64,000 bases of DNA from an uncultured delta proteobacterium (lineage in GTDB: Bacteria > Desulfobacterota > BSN033 > UBA1163), in the NCBI GenBank assembly GCA_963708295.1, contig CAVPSJ010000017.1, forward strand, positions 192,001-256,000. The letters are read 5' to 3'. Made by a program: the position numbers and the translations under genes. The notes under the pieces are model-generated. The model had not been told where the DNA came from. It was given only the letters and a program-made list of their open reading frames with translations, and ran no database searches. How positions within the stretch are numbered: the first letter of the stretch is position 1; each line of letters opens with the position of its first letter. Below are positions 21,785 to 32,980 of this stretch, piece after piece.

Positions 21785-22522
21785 ATGACTAGATTCTACG
21801 TTCCTCAACCTCGAATCGAGAATGGGACGCTCGAGGTTGAGGGCGATGAGGTGAAACATATTCGGAAGGTTCTTCGCCTCAGGGCGGGAGACGAGGTCTC
21901 GGTTTTCGATGGGTCGGGCAAGGAATTCCAGGGATCCATTGTTGAAGAAGGACTTTCCTCTGTGAAGATCCGGATTAAGAATGTCACCTCCTCGAGGAGA
22001 GATTCACCCTTAGAAGTCACCTTGGCCCAAAGCCTCCTCAAGGGTGAAAAGATGGACTACTTGATCCAGAAGGCGACGGAGCTGGGAGTTGAAGAAATCA
22101 TTCCATTCTTATCATCCCGCTCCGTCCCTCTTTTAGAAAAATCGAAAAGACTAAAGCGTCATCAACGATGGAAAAGAATTGCCATTGAGGCTTCCAAACA
22201 ATGCGGGAGGGGAGTGATTCCGGAGATTGAGGCCCTCCAGGACTATCGTGAGATGCTCCAAAAGGTCCCACCCGATGCCCTTCGTCTTATTCTCTGGGAA
22301 AGAGAAGGGGCCAAGTTGAAAGAAATATTGAAGAGATCCAAGGAAAGAGAGAGAATTTTTTTTATTGTCGGACCGGAGGGGGGATTCAGCGAGGGAGAGA
22401 TTGATGAGGCGAAAGGAGCCGGGTTTACGCCTGTCACATTGGGGGGGAGGATATTAAGGGCTGAAACGGCAAGTCTCTGTCTTCTCAGCATCCTTCAATA
22501 TGAGCAGGGAGACATAGGATAG
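21785..22522 (+). CDS. rsmE: 16S rRNA m3U1498 methyltransferase
   Basis: HIRKVLRL, QKATELGV, EASKQCGR, VGPEGG, ILRAETA. Confidence 0.96.
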   Translation: MTRFYVPQPRIENGTLEVEGDEVKHIRKVLRLRAGDEVSVFDGSGKEFQGSIVEEGLSSVKIRIKNVTSSRRDSPLEVTLAQSLLKGEKMDYLIQKATELGVEEIIPFLSSRSVPLLEKSKRLKRHQRWKRIAIEASKQCGRGVIPEIEALQDYREMLQKVPPDALRLILWEREGAKLKEILKRSKERERIFFIVGPEGGFSEGEIDEAKGAGFTPVTLGGRILRAETASLCLLSILQYEQGDIG

Positions 22523-22577
22523 AAAAAGGGCCAGTCCTCGGAGACCGGCCCAACCAGAAAGGAGGGGTATGAAGAAG

Positions 22578-22715
22578 TCAGGCGGCTTTTTTCTCTGAAG
22601 AATCGACAAACTCCTTGTATGTTTTGCATTCCTGGATGAGCTTACATTTTCTTCTGCAGACTTCAACATGAATTTTTGGACTTCCCTTCCTTTTATCACA
22701 AACAAGATAACTCAT
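22578..22715 (-). CDS. Small 45-aa Cys-rich protein
   Basis: MSYLVCDKRKGSPKIHVEVCRRKCKLIQECK...; AAGGGGG RBS. Confidence 0.55.
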   Translation of the reverse strand: MSYLVCDKRKGSPKIHVEVCRRKCKLIQECKTYKEFVDSSEKKAA

Positions 22716-23108
22716 TAGTAAATCCCCCTTTCTACTTTTGGCAACTATTTTAAGCGTAGACAGGAATTCTATATTTAGAACTGGACACATAATAGAACAC
22801 AAGATATGGAAATGTCAAGAAAAAAAAGAAAAAAATGACAAAATAATTTATAAGTAATTTCAATATCTTATGCTTTCAATGATAAGTAAAATAGTACTTT
22901 ATCAAATCATCTTGACGAAATCTAAGGAATATACATTGATTTCTGCATCCTGAGGGAATAGGAAGAGATCTACAGAAAAAGAACGTTTGTCAAGGTTTTT
23001 TTGGAGAGGTCTGCTCTCGGTTATAAGTTATCCTCGAAGATGAATTTCATAGAATGATGCTATTTCTCGCCCTGACGACAAACGAGGCATGTTTGCCGGT
23101 CGATTCGT

Positions 23109-23546
23109 TTATTTCTTCTTCAACTCATCCCACTTGTAGTCGATGAGTTCAAGAAGTACATTGTTCACCTTCTTCGGATGGATGAAGGCAAATTCACAGC
23201 CCCTGAAGGGCCTGGTTTTTTCGCCTCCCGGTGCAGGGATCACGGGATAATCCTTCGACTCCAGCTCCTTTATGGCTTCTCTTGTATTATTCACATTGAA
23301 GCTGATGATCATCACCCCTTCGCCATTTTTTTCTATCCATTTTGCGACCGGACCATCGGGGGTAGTCGATTCCATGAGCTCAAATCCTACCCCACCCAAC
23401 CAGTACCTGGCGACGCGGATCTTTTCAGGCTCATCGATATAAGGATCGTCCGGTTCCGACTTCCCCAGGATGGGCTCCCATGCTTTCCTCGCCGTATCCA
23501 GGTCCTTGACTGCTATGCAGATGTGGTCGATTTTATTGGTTTTCAT
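23109..23546 (-). CDS. VOC family protein (methylmalonyl-CoA epimerase-like)
   Basis: IDHICIAVKDL, FELME, AFIHPK, LLELI. Confidence 0.85.
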   Translation of the reverse strand: MKTNKIDHICIAVKDLDTARKAWEPILGKSEPDDPYIDEPEKIRVARYWLGGVGFELMESTTPDGPVAKWIEKNGEGVMIISFNVNNTREAIKELESKDYPVIPAPGGEKTRPFRGCEFAFIHPKKVNNVLLELIDYKWDELKKK

Positions 23547-23770
23547 TGTTTTCCTCTTTCTGAAAAAGGGCGGCCCAGCTTTCACGCTTCCACAATATCC
23601 CTATTTATATGACATACTTGACCCATTAAGGCAAACAGCAGGGATTTTCCTGACGCGCCAGGCGCCCAACTCGCATTTTTATCTTGACAATTTTCTCGTG
23701 AACATTTATAAATACATTGTAGCTACATAGTAACTAACATGTGATTATAGAACCCTGTTGACCTGTCGAA

Positions 23771-23968
23771 ATGATGGCACCAAAAAGAGAACAAAATCCG
23801 GATACCTCTCCCTTCGTGGAAGAACCTCAGTTCATTAGAAAAACCAAGTTTGAGGTCTACGGCGAAGAGCTGATTGAGAAAGAGGTCAAACAGAGCGGGA
23901 ACAGCGGGCGGGTTTATCTTCCCCCTGAGTGGGTAGGAAAGCATGTTAAGATCATCCGCATCGAATAA
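23771..23968 (+). CDS. DUF2080 family small protein (AbrB-like)
   Basis: IEKEVKQSGNSGRVYLPPEWVGKHVKIIR. Confidence 0.8.
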   Translation: MMAPKREQNPDTSPFVEEPQFIRKTKFEVYGEELIEKEVKQSGNSGRVYLPPEWVGKHVKIIRIE

Positions 23969-24419
23969 GTCAAGAGGGGCGTCAGGGATCAAGTTACGAA
24001 AGTTGACGGCCCGGGACATCCCTCAGGCTATTGCCATCCACAGTGCCATCACCAAAAAGAAAGCGTCCCGCAAATGGGTCCAGCAGATGGTGAAGGATCA
24101 CCTTCGGAAACAGGAAGGAGTCGGTTTTGTTGCCGAAAAAGAAGGACAGGTGGTCGGGTTCATTATCGGTGAGATAAAAGGAGAGGGATTTGGCCTGGAG
24201 AAGAGTGGGTGGCTCGAGGTGGTCATGGTTCATCCCCGTCAGATGGGGATGGGCATTGGGTACGCGATGGCCCGCAAACTCTTCGACTTCTTTAAAAGAA
24301 GGGGAATCCGGGATGTCTACACCTCCGTGCTCTGGGATGCGGTGGATATGCTCTCCTTCTTCAAGTCTCTGGGGTTTGATCGCTCAACTTTTATCAACCT
24401 CATTAAACACGTGGATTAG
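23943..24419 (+). CDS. GNAT family N-acetyltransferase
   Basis: FVAEKEGQVVGFIIG, VHPRQMGMGIG, FFKSLGF. Confidence 0.88.
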   Translation: MLRSSASNKSRGASGIKLRKLTARDIPQAIAIHSAITKKKASRKWVQQMVKDHLRKQEGVGFVAEKEGQVVGFIIGEIKGEGFGLEKSGWLEVVMVHPRQMGMGIGYAMARKLFDFFKRRGIRDVYTSVLWDAVDMLSFFKSLGFDRSTFINLIKHVD

Positions 24420-24602
24420 AAATCAACTTATTAGTTATAATATGAATGCAAAAAATATGAACAACCTGCGCAACGGAAAAAAAACGGTACGGAGAGTGTT
24501 TTTTCTCTTGACAGGAGCATGACAGTCTTGTTATCTAAACGCACGTGAAAATATGAACAAACTACGCAGCGGAAGGCCATCGCTGTGAAGAGGGGCTGAA
24601 AA

Positions 24603-26570
24603 ATGAGGTACGCAGAGACAGGGTTTAATTTAGAAATTGATCTATCCCGGGGAAACATTGAGAGGGTAGAAACTGACCCAAGATTAACCGAACTTCATCT
24701 TGGGGGGATAGGGACTAACGCCAAAATATTATGGGATAGGGTTCCCCCTGAAACTGAACCCTTTTCTCCTGATAATCTACTCATATTCAGCACCGGTCTT
24801 TTAGGCGGCACACCTGCTCCTGGTGCTAATCGTACCGTTGTTACTACTTATTCTCCTCAGACTTTGTTAATGGCATATTCAATGATGGGGGGATTTTGGG
24901 CGCCAGAATTGAAGTATGCCGGTTATGACAAAGTCATCTTCCGCGGCAAGTCCCCCAATCTGGTTTATGTATGGATACACAATGATAAAGTAGAAATACG
25001 TGATGCCAGTCATCTCCGTGGCAAGGGCGCCAATGAAACTGCTGAACTTATTCGACAGGAGTTGAAGGAGCCGAACGCCCAGGTGGCTGCTATCGGACTG
25101 GCCGGTGAAAACAGAGTCTATACGGCTTCTATTGAGCAGGGCCGCTCCAGTGCCAGCCGACTCGGAGTAGGCGCCGTCATGGGAGACAAAGGGATAAAGG
25201 CGATCGTTGTTCGTGGAACAAAGGACGTCAATCTTGCCCGACCGGCTGAATATATGGAGCTTTGCAACGAAGTGCTGAAGTACATAAAAGTCCGGGAAGA
25301 ACATCCAGTTCCGGGGGTAATGACCATTTTACAGGGGCTTGGGTCACCGCAAGAAATGAAACACGTTGATGAGGAGTGGCACACCCAGAATTTCATGTGG
25401 GGGAATGCCCGCACCCGAAGAAAGGATTTTTGGAACAAGGAAGTCGAACAGAAGTGGAAGGAGACTCAAGAAACTGTGAGGACGAGGTTAATCAGTTGCT
25501 ACAACTGTCCGATGAAATGCGGGGCAATCATTTCCGTCCCGGGAATTTCAACCTACATGATGAAATGTTTCTCGAAACTTACTTATACCATGGCGGCCTA
25601 TTCAGACCTGGATTTTGGTTTCAGAATCGCTCAACGTGCTACGGAGTATGGAGTGGACGGGTTCTCAACCCCGCAAATTATGGCCTTCGCGTTTGAGCTT
25701 AAAGAAGCCGGCATTTTGACAGACGCGGACTTTGCAGGATGCCCGTCCGATAACGAGGAGAAATTTTACTGGTTACTCGATAGAATTGTCCGGCGAGAAG
25801 GAATAGGAGACGTTTTGGCCAATGGCACGCATTGGGCGGCCCAACAAATCGGCAAGGGCGCAGAAGCGTATGCGCATAATAATATCAAAAAGCACGAGCA
25901 GTTGCCTCTCAAGCTTGGAATGCTGAATCCGGTTTATTTCCTCATGTATGCTACCGGCGAGAAGATAAACATTACCCAGATTGAAGGCCAGTTCCCCCAG
26001 GCGCCTTTTCCTACGATGGAGGAGAGAGAAGACTTCGTCAAGGATTGGGTCCAGGTTCCTGATGAAAAGTTTAAGCGATATCTTCTGGACTGGGAACTAC
26101 GCGGAGAACGCTCAAATCCATATTACCCGACGGTGGACATGTCCGTTGACATTGTCGACTGGCAAGAGAAGATGCACTACATTGATGACGCCCTCGGCGT
26201 GTGCGCCGGTTTGTCGTCATTTCCCCTGAAGCCTCCCTATCATATACACAATTACCCGGCTTTTATCTCGTCAGCGACCGGGATCGATATGGATGAAGCC
26301 AGACTCACGCAAGTCTATAAGAGGAACCGAACTTTAGTGAGAGCCATTAATGTAAGAAGAGGCTTGAGGAGAGCCGATGAGAAGCCGCCGGAGGACCATT
26401 GGAAGAAAAGATTTCCCGAGCTTGAAGATAAGCTCTTGGACGCGTATTACAAATTTAAAGGGTGGAATAAGGATGGTATTCCTACGAAAGAGACCCTGCA
26501 CGAATTAGGTATGGATAACGTTGCCGAAGACTTAGAACAGAGAGGGATAATAAAAAATGGCCAAGATTAA
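24603..26570 (+). CDS. bamB: Class II benzoyl-CoA reductase tungstopterin subunit (AOR family)
   Basis: MRYAETG N-terminus, SMMGGFWAPELKYAGYD, GAVMGDK, SCYNCPMKC, MMKCF closely match BamB as I recall it; context bamCDEF. Confidence 0.9.
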   Translation: MRYAETGFNLEIDLSRGNIERVETDPRLTELHLGGIGTNAKILWDRVPPETEPFSPDNLLIFSTGLLGGTPAPGANRTVVTTYSPQTLLMAYSMMGGFWAPELKYAGYDKVIFRGKSPNLVYVWIHNDKVEIRDASHLRGKGANETAELIRQELKEPNAQVAAIGLAGENRVYTASIEQGRSSASRLGVGAVMGDKGIKAIVVRGTKDVNLARPAEYMELCNEVLKYIKVREEHPVPGVMTILQGLGSPQEMKHVDEEWHTQNFMWGNARTRRKDFWNKEVEQKWKETQETVRTRLISCYNCPMKCGAIISVPGISTYMMKCFSKLTYTMAAYSDLDFGFRIAQRATEYGVDGFSTPQIMAFAFELKEAGILTDADFAGCPSDNEEKFYWLLDRIVRREGIGDVLANGTHWAAQQIGKGAEAYAHNNIKKHEQLPLKLGMLNPVYFLMYATGEKINITQIEGQFPQAPFPTMEEREDFVKDWVQVPDEKFKRYLLDWELRGERSNPYYPTVDMSVDIVDWQEKMHYIDDALGVCAGLSSFPLKPPYHIHNYPAFISSATGIDMDEARLTQVYKRNRTLVRAINVRRGLRRADEKPPEDHWKKRFPELEDKLLDAYYKFKGWNKDGIPTKETLHELGMDNVAEDLEQRGIIKNGQD

Positions 26571-27096
26571 AAAGAAAGTCAAGGTCATCAAGATCGATCT
26601 TGATAAATGCAACGGTTGCCGGGCATGTGAGGTAGCCTGCTCAGCATTTCACGCCAAACCGAAATATAGCAGCAATAATCCGGCGAGGTCTCGGATTCGG
26701 CTGATTCGGGATCCCATAAGAGACGTCTATCTTCCTGTATACGCGGGTGAATATGCGAAAGCCGAATGTGCTGGCAGAGACAAATATGTCATTGACGGAA
26801 AGGAATACAGCGAGTGCGACTTCTGCAGGGCTTCCTGCCCATCCCGGGACGTTTTCAAAGAACCCGATTCCGGTCTCCCTCTCAAATGCGATATGTGTGA
26901 AGACGATCCCCCGCAAGAGAAGCCCTTGTGTGTTCAGTGGTGCTTGAATGATGCCCTGACGTACGAAGAAAGGGAAGAGGAAGTAGAAGAAGAGGTGAAG
27001 CTGGAGGACGTGGAGGTAGGGATGGAATCCATGGTAGACAAATATGGAATGCAGAAGGTAATGGATACCGTCGCCCGAATGGCAAAAAAAGAATAA
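26557..27096 (+). CDS. bamC: Class II benzoyl-CoA reductase FeS subunit
   Basis: KCNGCRACE, YSSNNPARSR, CRASCPSRD, EPDSGLPLKCD. Confidence 0.9.
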   Translation: MAKIKKKVKVIKIDLDKCNGCRACEVACSAFHAKPKYSSNNPARSRIRLIRDPIRDVYLPVYAGEYAKAECAGRDKYVIDGKEYSECDFCRASCPSRDVFKEPDSGLPLKCDMCEDDPPQEKPLCVQWCLNDALTYEEREEEVEEEVKLEDVEVGMESMVDKYGMQKVMDTVARMAKKE

Positions 27097-27176
27097 GAGA
27101 TTTCCGAAAAAAACCAGAAATATCTGATGACAGCGATTATGGAACGATTACACCGAAATAACGCCTGCCTTCCCTG

Positions 27177-27253
27177 TAACTCCCCCGCCCCCTCTTATTC
27201 TAAGAGGGGATCATTTGATTCCCCCCTTAAATTAAGGGGGGTTAGGGGGGTTA
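27177..27253. repeat. Intergenic palindromic element
   Basis: CCCCTCTT-attct-AAGAGGGG and CCCCCTTAA-a-TTAAGGGGG hairpins within TAAC...GTTA ends. Confidence 0.7.
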
Positions 27254-27360
27254 TATTGGGAGGCGAGGTGGGGTTAATCATCGTAGAAAAGCTGTGGAAG
27301 AAAAATCGACGTAATCGTTTTCTAGAATCTCTGTAATCACGAAAAGGATTGAAAAAGACA

Positions 27361-28518
27361 ATGGAGACTGTACCTTTAGCGCCCTTCAAAGTGGTCATCG
27401 ATGGCATCAAAGAGTCAGGGGGAGACGCCGATAAATTGTGCTATCAATGCGGAAAGTGCGATACGGCGTGCCCTTGGAATCGTGTCAGAAAATTTTTTGT
27501 TCGCAAAATCATCAATCAGGCAAAATTCGGCGTGGTTCCTTTCGAATCCGAAGACCTGTGGCTATGTGCCACCTGCGGTAACTGTGTTCAAAGGTGCCCC
27601 CGAGGCGTGGAAATCATCGACGTGATGAGGGCTGTGCGAAGGCTGTTGGTGCCGGACGGTGTCGTTCCCGCGAGCATCCCCAACCTTCGGAGTGTCATGA
27701 CCAGCTACGCCAGTGTCGGCAATCCCTGGGGACAAGACCCGAAGGACCGGGCAAATTGGGCGAAAGACCTGGAGGTAAAGGAGTTCGGCGAGGATATTGA
27801 GCTGCTCTATTTCCCCTGCTGCTATCCCAGCTATGATCCAAGATTAAGGAAGGTATCTCAAGCCACAGCCAATCTCCTTAACAGGGCAGGGGTAAATTTT
27901 GGGATCCTGGGTTCCAAGGAGATGTGCTGTGGGGAGAGTATACGCAAAGCGGGCAATGAGACATTATTCAAACGCTTGGCCAGGGAAAACATCAAGACTT
28001 TTATCGAAGCCGGGGTGAAGAAAATCCTTGTTTCATCCCCTCACTGCTTCCACACCTTCAAGAACGAGTATCCCGAATTCAAGGTGAACTTCGAAGTGGT
28101 CCATGTCACCCAATATTTATTCGAGCTGATTCGCGAGGGAAGACTTAAACCCACCAAGGAATACGGGAAGAGAGTGACTTATCATGACCCGTGTTATCTC
28201 GGTCGGCATAATGGCATCTATGACGAACCCCGAGAGGTCTTGAAGAAGATACCCGGTCTGGAACTGAAGGAGATGGCGGATGCGCGGGAAGATAGCCTCT
28301 GTTGCGGAATGGGGGGAGGCAGGGTCTGGATGGAAACGGCAAAGGGTGAAAGATTCTCCGATCTCAGACTGGAACAGGCGATCGGCGTCGGGGCTGAAGT
28401 GCTGGCAACTTCCTGCCCGTATTGCATCAGCCAATTCGAGGATAGCAGGTTAACCCTGAAGGACAGTGAGGTCTTACAGATTAAGGACATCACGGAGATT
28501 CTCCAGGAAGTGATATAA
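27361..28518 (+). CDS. bamD: HdrBC/HdrD-like FeS protein with two CCG domains
   Basis: CYQCGKCDTACP, CATCGNCVQRCP, two CCG motifs, YHDPCYLGR. Confidence 0.85.
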   Translation: METVPLAPFKVVIDGIKESGGDADKLCYQCGKCDTACPWNRVRKFFVRKIINQAKFGVVPFESEDLWLCATCGNCVQRCPRGVEIIDVMRAVRRLLVPDGVVPASIPNLRSVMTSYASVGNPWGQDPKDRANWAKDLEVKEFGEDIELLYFPCCYPSYDPRLRKVSQATANLLNRAGVNFGILGSKEMCCGESIRKAGNETLFKRLARENIKTFIEAGVKKILVSSPHCFHTFKNEYPEFKVNFEVVHVTQYLFELIREGRLKPTKEYGKRVTYHDPCYLGRHNGIYDEPREVLKKIPGLELKEMADAREDSLCCGMGGGRVWMETAKGERFSDLRLEQAIGVGAEVLATSCPYCISQFEDSRLTLKDSEVLQIKDITEILQEVI

Positions 28519-28519
28519 C

Positions 28520-28641
28520 AGGCTGCTGAAAAACGCCCATCCGCGGCGTTGCCCTTATCCTTCATCGTTGCGGCGTACGCAAAGTACGCCTCACTCTTCT
28601 GGATTTCGGGCGCCTTGCATCTGGGCATTTTTGAGCAGCCT
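28520..28641. mobile_element. MITE-like element with terminal inverted repeats
   Basis: AGGCTGCTGAAAAA ... TTTTTGAGCAGCCT; internal GGCGTAC-gcaaa-GTACGCC hairpin. Confidence 0.65.
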
Positions 28642-28702
28642 TCGGAAAATGATTTTTTCAGCAAGCGGTTAGGTATTGAGCAACCGAATGAGGTGATAGA
28701 AA

Positions 28703-31700
28703 GTGGAAAATGAACTAGAAAAAATTGAAGACCAGATTCGTAAAAGTCTCGCAGACAGTATTCGCAAAAGTTTCGCAGGCAGCAATTTTGGGGATGTGAT
28801 GGTTGTCGGTGGAGGGGTCAGCGGTGTTCAAGCCTCTCTTGATCTTGCCGCTGCGGGTTTCAAGGTTTACCTGGTCGACAAGGCGCCTGCCATTGGCGGC
28901 CATATGGCCCAGCTGGACAAGACCTTTCCGACCAATGACTGCTCCATCTGAATACTCGCGCCCAAACTGGTCGAGGTCGGCCGGCATCCAAACATAGAGG
29001 TCCTGACGTATACTGAAGTGGATCGTGTCGCAGGGGAAGCGGGAGACTTTAAGGTCACCCTGATTAAAAAGCCCCGATATATTTTAGAGGACAAATGCAC
29101 GGGTTGTACAACTTGCGTCGAATACTGCCCGGTCAAATACCCTGATCGATTCAATCAGGAAATATCGAAGAATAAAGCCATCCATATCTACTTCGCTCAG
29201 GCCATTCCCTTGATCACGTATATCGATGAAAGCTGTATTTACCTGAAAGAGAAGAAATGTCGTATTTGCGAAGGCGTCTGTAAGAATCAGGCCATCGACT
29301 TCAATCAAACGGCGGAGAAGGCAGAAATCAATGTCGGGGCGATCATTCTGTCTCCCGGCCTGGAGGCATTTGATCCCAAGGTGAGGGCTGAATATCGCTA
29401 CGGAAAGTTTGAGAACGTGGTCACCAGTATGGACTATGAACGGCTGATGTGTGCCACCGGGCCATACGAAGGTGAGATCCTGCGTGCTTCCGACAAAAAG
29501 CACCCCCATAAAATAGCCTGGATTCAATGCGTCGGTTCCAGACAGGTGATTCCCGGCGGGAACAGTTATTGTTCATCGGTCTGCTGCACGTATACCCAGA
29601 AACAGGTCATTCTGACAAAGGAACATAACGCAGAGGCAGAGTGTACGATCTTCCATAACGATATTCGTTCCTACGGGAAGGATTTTGAGCGATTCTACCA
29701 AAGAACAGAGAAACTTCCCGGGGTTCGGTTTATCCGGAGCTACACCTCCATCGTCAAAGAGGACCCCAAAAGCAAGAATGTTACCATAAAGTATTCACTT
29801 CCCGAGGATGGAGTCAAAGAGGAAGAATTCGATATGGTGGTATTATCCGTTGGATTGAATCCTCCTGCCGAGGTGAAGGACCTTGCAAAAACGTTCGGCA
29901 TCGAACTCAATCATCACGATTACTGTAAAGTCAATCCTGTGAATCCGATGGAGACTACCCGGCCCGGGATCTTTGTCAGCGGAGCCTTCCAGGGTCCGAT
30001 CGATATTCCCGAGTCGGTTTTTACCGCCAGCGGAGCAGGTTCCCAATGTGCTCAACTCCTGGACTACCGGCGAGGAAAGCTGGCCAAGAAAAGGATCTAT
30101 CCGCCGGAGAGGGATGTCTCCAAAGAGGAGCCCAGGATAGGCGTCTTTGTGTGCCACTGCGGGGCGAATATCGGAAGGATCGTCAATGTTCCTTCCGCAG
30201 TTGAATATGCCAAAACCTTACCCAATGTGGTCTACGCTCAGGAACAGCTCTTTTCATGTGCTACGAATTGTGCCAAAGAAATAACAGACATGACAAAGGA
30301 AAAAGGGCTCAATCGGGTCATCGTCGCTGCCTGCTCCCCCAGGACACTTGAACCGTTATTCCGGGACACGGTTCGGGAAGCGGGACTGAATCAATATTAC
30401 TACGACATGGCCAATATTAGAGAACAGTGCTCCTGGGTCCACTCTAAAGAAAAGGAAGAAGCCACACAGAAGGCAAATGATATCATCCGGATGTCGGTGG
30501 CACGCGCTTGCCTTTTGGAGCCATTACAGGAAATTGATCTGCCTGTCAACAAGGCGGCGTTAGTGGTCGGTGGAGGTATCGCCGGCATGACGTGTGCTCT
30601 CTCCATCGCGAACCAGGGACATGAGGTTTACCTGGTGGAAAAGGAAAAAGACTTGGGGGGAACAGCAAGAAGAATCCACACCACTCTGGAAGGGCTGGAT
30701 GTTCAGGCCTATTTGCGTGATCTTGTGCGCAAGGTGAATCAGAACCCCTCCATCCATGTCTATACGGATGCAACCATCACGGGGGCTGCAGGTTATGTGG
30801 GGAATTTCGTAACCACGGTGAAGTCAGACAGAGGGGTCACAGAGATAAAACATGGCGCAGCCGTCATCGCTGTGGGTGCGGATGTGTATAAACCTGCCGA
30901 ATACCTTTACGGAGAAGACGACAGGGTCATGACCCACCTGGAGTTGGAAGAGCAGATCAACAAAGGAGACGAAAAGGTCGTTAACGCAGAAAGTCTCGTG
31001 ATGATCCAGTGCGTCGGCTGCAGAAATGAAGACAGAAATTACTGCAGCAGGATATGTTGTTACGAGTCGATCAAGAACGCATTGAAACTGAAAGAGATAA
31101 ACCCCAAGATGGATATCTACATTCTCTTCCGGGATATGAGAACGTACGGGTTTAGCGAGGATTATTACAGGGAAGCGTCAGATAAAGAGGTGAAGTTTAT
31201 CCGCTATGAACCGCAGGACAAACCAGAGGTGAAGGCGGGTGAGTCGGAGGACGGTCGGCCCGTTCTAAAGGTTACCTTGCCAGATTATATTTTAGGCATG
31301 AAGCTCGAAATCGATGCCGATATCATCTCTTTGGCTGCTGCCGTTATTCCCTCGGAGGGAAGCAAGGAAGTATCCCAGTTATTCAAGGTCCCTCTGGGCA
31401 CGGATGGTTTCTTCCAGGAAGCCCATGTCAAATTAAGACCGGTTGAGTTTGCCGCGGATGGCGTTTATCTTTGTGGGATAGCTCATTATCCCAAGCTTAT
31501 ATCGGAAGCGATTGAGCAGGCTTATGGAGCCGCAGGCCGGGTCTTAACGCTTCTCTCGCATGATACCGTTGTCGCCTCCGGCTCTGTTTGCGAGGTGGAT
31601 GAGAAAAAGTGTATCGGGTGCGGGCAGTGTATTTCCGTCTGTACGTACGGTGCCATCGAGTTCCGTGAGACACGACAGGGCAAAAAGGCGGTCGTCAATC

Positions 31701-31822
31701 CTGTTCTCTGTAAAGGAGATGGTCTCTGTAACGCGAAGTGTCCCACAGGGGCGATCCGGCTCAAGCACTTTACCGACGAAGAGCTGCTCGCCCAAATTGA
31801 CGCGGCAGGGGAAGGCGACTAA
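28703..31822 (+). CDS. bamE: HdrA-like flavo/FeS selenoprotein (1039 aa, Sec83 at UGA 28949-28951)
   Basis: ORFs 28703..28951 and 29018..31822 are in frame; readthrough gives [18 protein letters not shown] at a conserved HdrA Cys; hairpin at 28967-28984. Confidence 0.92.
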
Positions 31823-31825
31823 GAA

Positions 31826-31882
31826 AGGTTGAGGTTAAGGTTCAGGGTTAGAACTTCTCAACCTTAGCCTTAACCTGGACCT
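31826..31882. repeat. Inverted hexamer array
   Basis: (AGGTTR)n then (AACCTY)n; related copy at 36192-36248. Confidence 0.65.
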
Positions 31883-31954
31883 ACTGGCTAAACTGGCGTC
31901 TTCACCCTAGCCTTTACCGATGAACTTATTTTCTAACAAAGGAGGTGAGAAAGC

Positions 31955-32806
31955 ATGAGTACGGGACTTAAATTTAAACCAAGAATATTAGGCTTCGTAT
32001 GCCATTGGTGAGCATACGGCGCGGGTGACATGGCTGGAGTTTCCAGACTGCAATATACAACTGAAACGAGGCTGATACGCGTCATGTGTTCCGGGAGAGT
32101 CGACCTGGAATTCGTACTCCGGGCTTTCTCAAATGGAATGGATGGGGTGTTGATCGGTGGTTGCCGCCTTAATGAATGTAATTATATTACCCATGGAAAT
32201 TATCATGCGCTCACCATGGCGCTTCTCTGTAAAAGGATAATGGAACACATCGGCCTGAACCCGGAAAGGTTGCGGATCGAATTTATGTCTTCCGCTGAAG
32301 GAAACCGGTTTGCCGACGTGATGGGTGAGTTTGGCAACCAGGTGAAGGAGTTAGGACCCCTCGGCAAAGGTAAAGGTGAAGGAATTGAACGAAATGCATT
32401 AAAGTCCAAACTTGCAGAAATGACAAAGCTGGTCCCATACATCAAGCTGGTGAAAAATGAGAAGCTGGCATCCCGTCTTACGAACCCGGAAGAATATGAC
32501 AAACTTTTCACCAAAGACGAAATAGACAAGTTATTCAGCGAAATCATCTCGTACTATATCGACCCGGAAAAGTGCCAGGCCTGCATGACTTGCGCGAAGC
32601 GATGCCCGGTCGAGGCGATACTCAGTGCCAAGAACCAGGTCCACGTCATTGATCAGGAGAAATGCATCAAATGCGGAACCTGCTTTGAAGTTTGCCCTCC
32701 TAAATTTGGTGCGGTGACGAAGATTTCCGGCGGGCCTGTTCCGCCTCCTCTTCCTGAAGATAAAAGAACGATCGTCAGAAAGAGCAAAGAAAAGAAAGAG
32801 AGTTGA
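31955..32806 (+). CDS. bamF: MvhD-like selenoprotein fused to a 2x[4Fe-4S] domain (283 aa, Sec19 at UGA 32009-32011)
   Basis: AAGGAGGTG RBS; MSTGLKFKPRILGFVCHW-U-AYGAGDMAG is in frame with ORF 32030; VMCSGRVD; C-terminal ferredoxin motifs. Confidence 0.92.
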
Positions 32807-32844
32807 TACGCTTCAGCAGTTTGAGTGAAAGCAACCAGAACACA

Positions 32845-32923
32845 TAAATCCCCCTCAATCCCCCTTTACAAAAAGGGGAGGAACATCTCCTCCCTTTGGC
32901 AAAGGGAGGTCGGGAGGGATTTT
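32845..32923. repeat. Intergenic palindromic element
   Basis: AAATCCC...CCCCTTT-aca-AAAAGGGG...CCTCCCTTT-ggc-AAAGGGAGG...GGGATTT. Confidence 0.7.
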
Positions 32924-32980
32924 ATAAATAGGTTTTCTAAGCACTTTTTCAACGGTACTAATCACCTGTAGGAGGTCATC

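Noticed and set aside
23771-23968. DUF2080 gene as evidence of an IS element
   Set aside because: No transposase or IS ends nearby.
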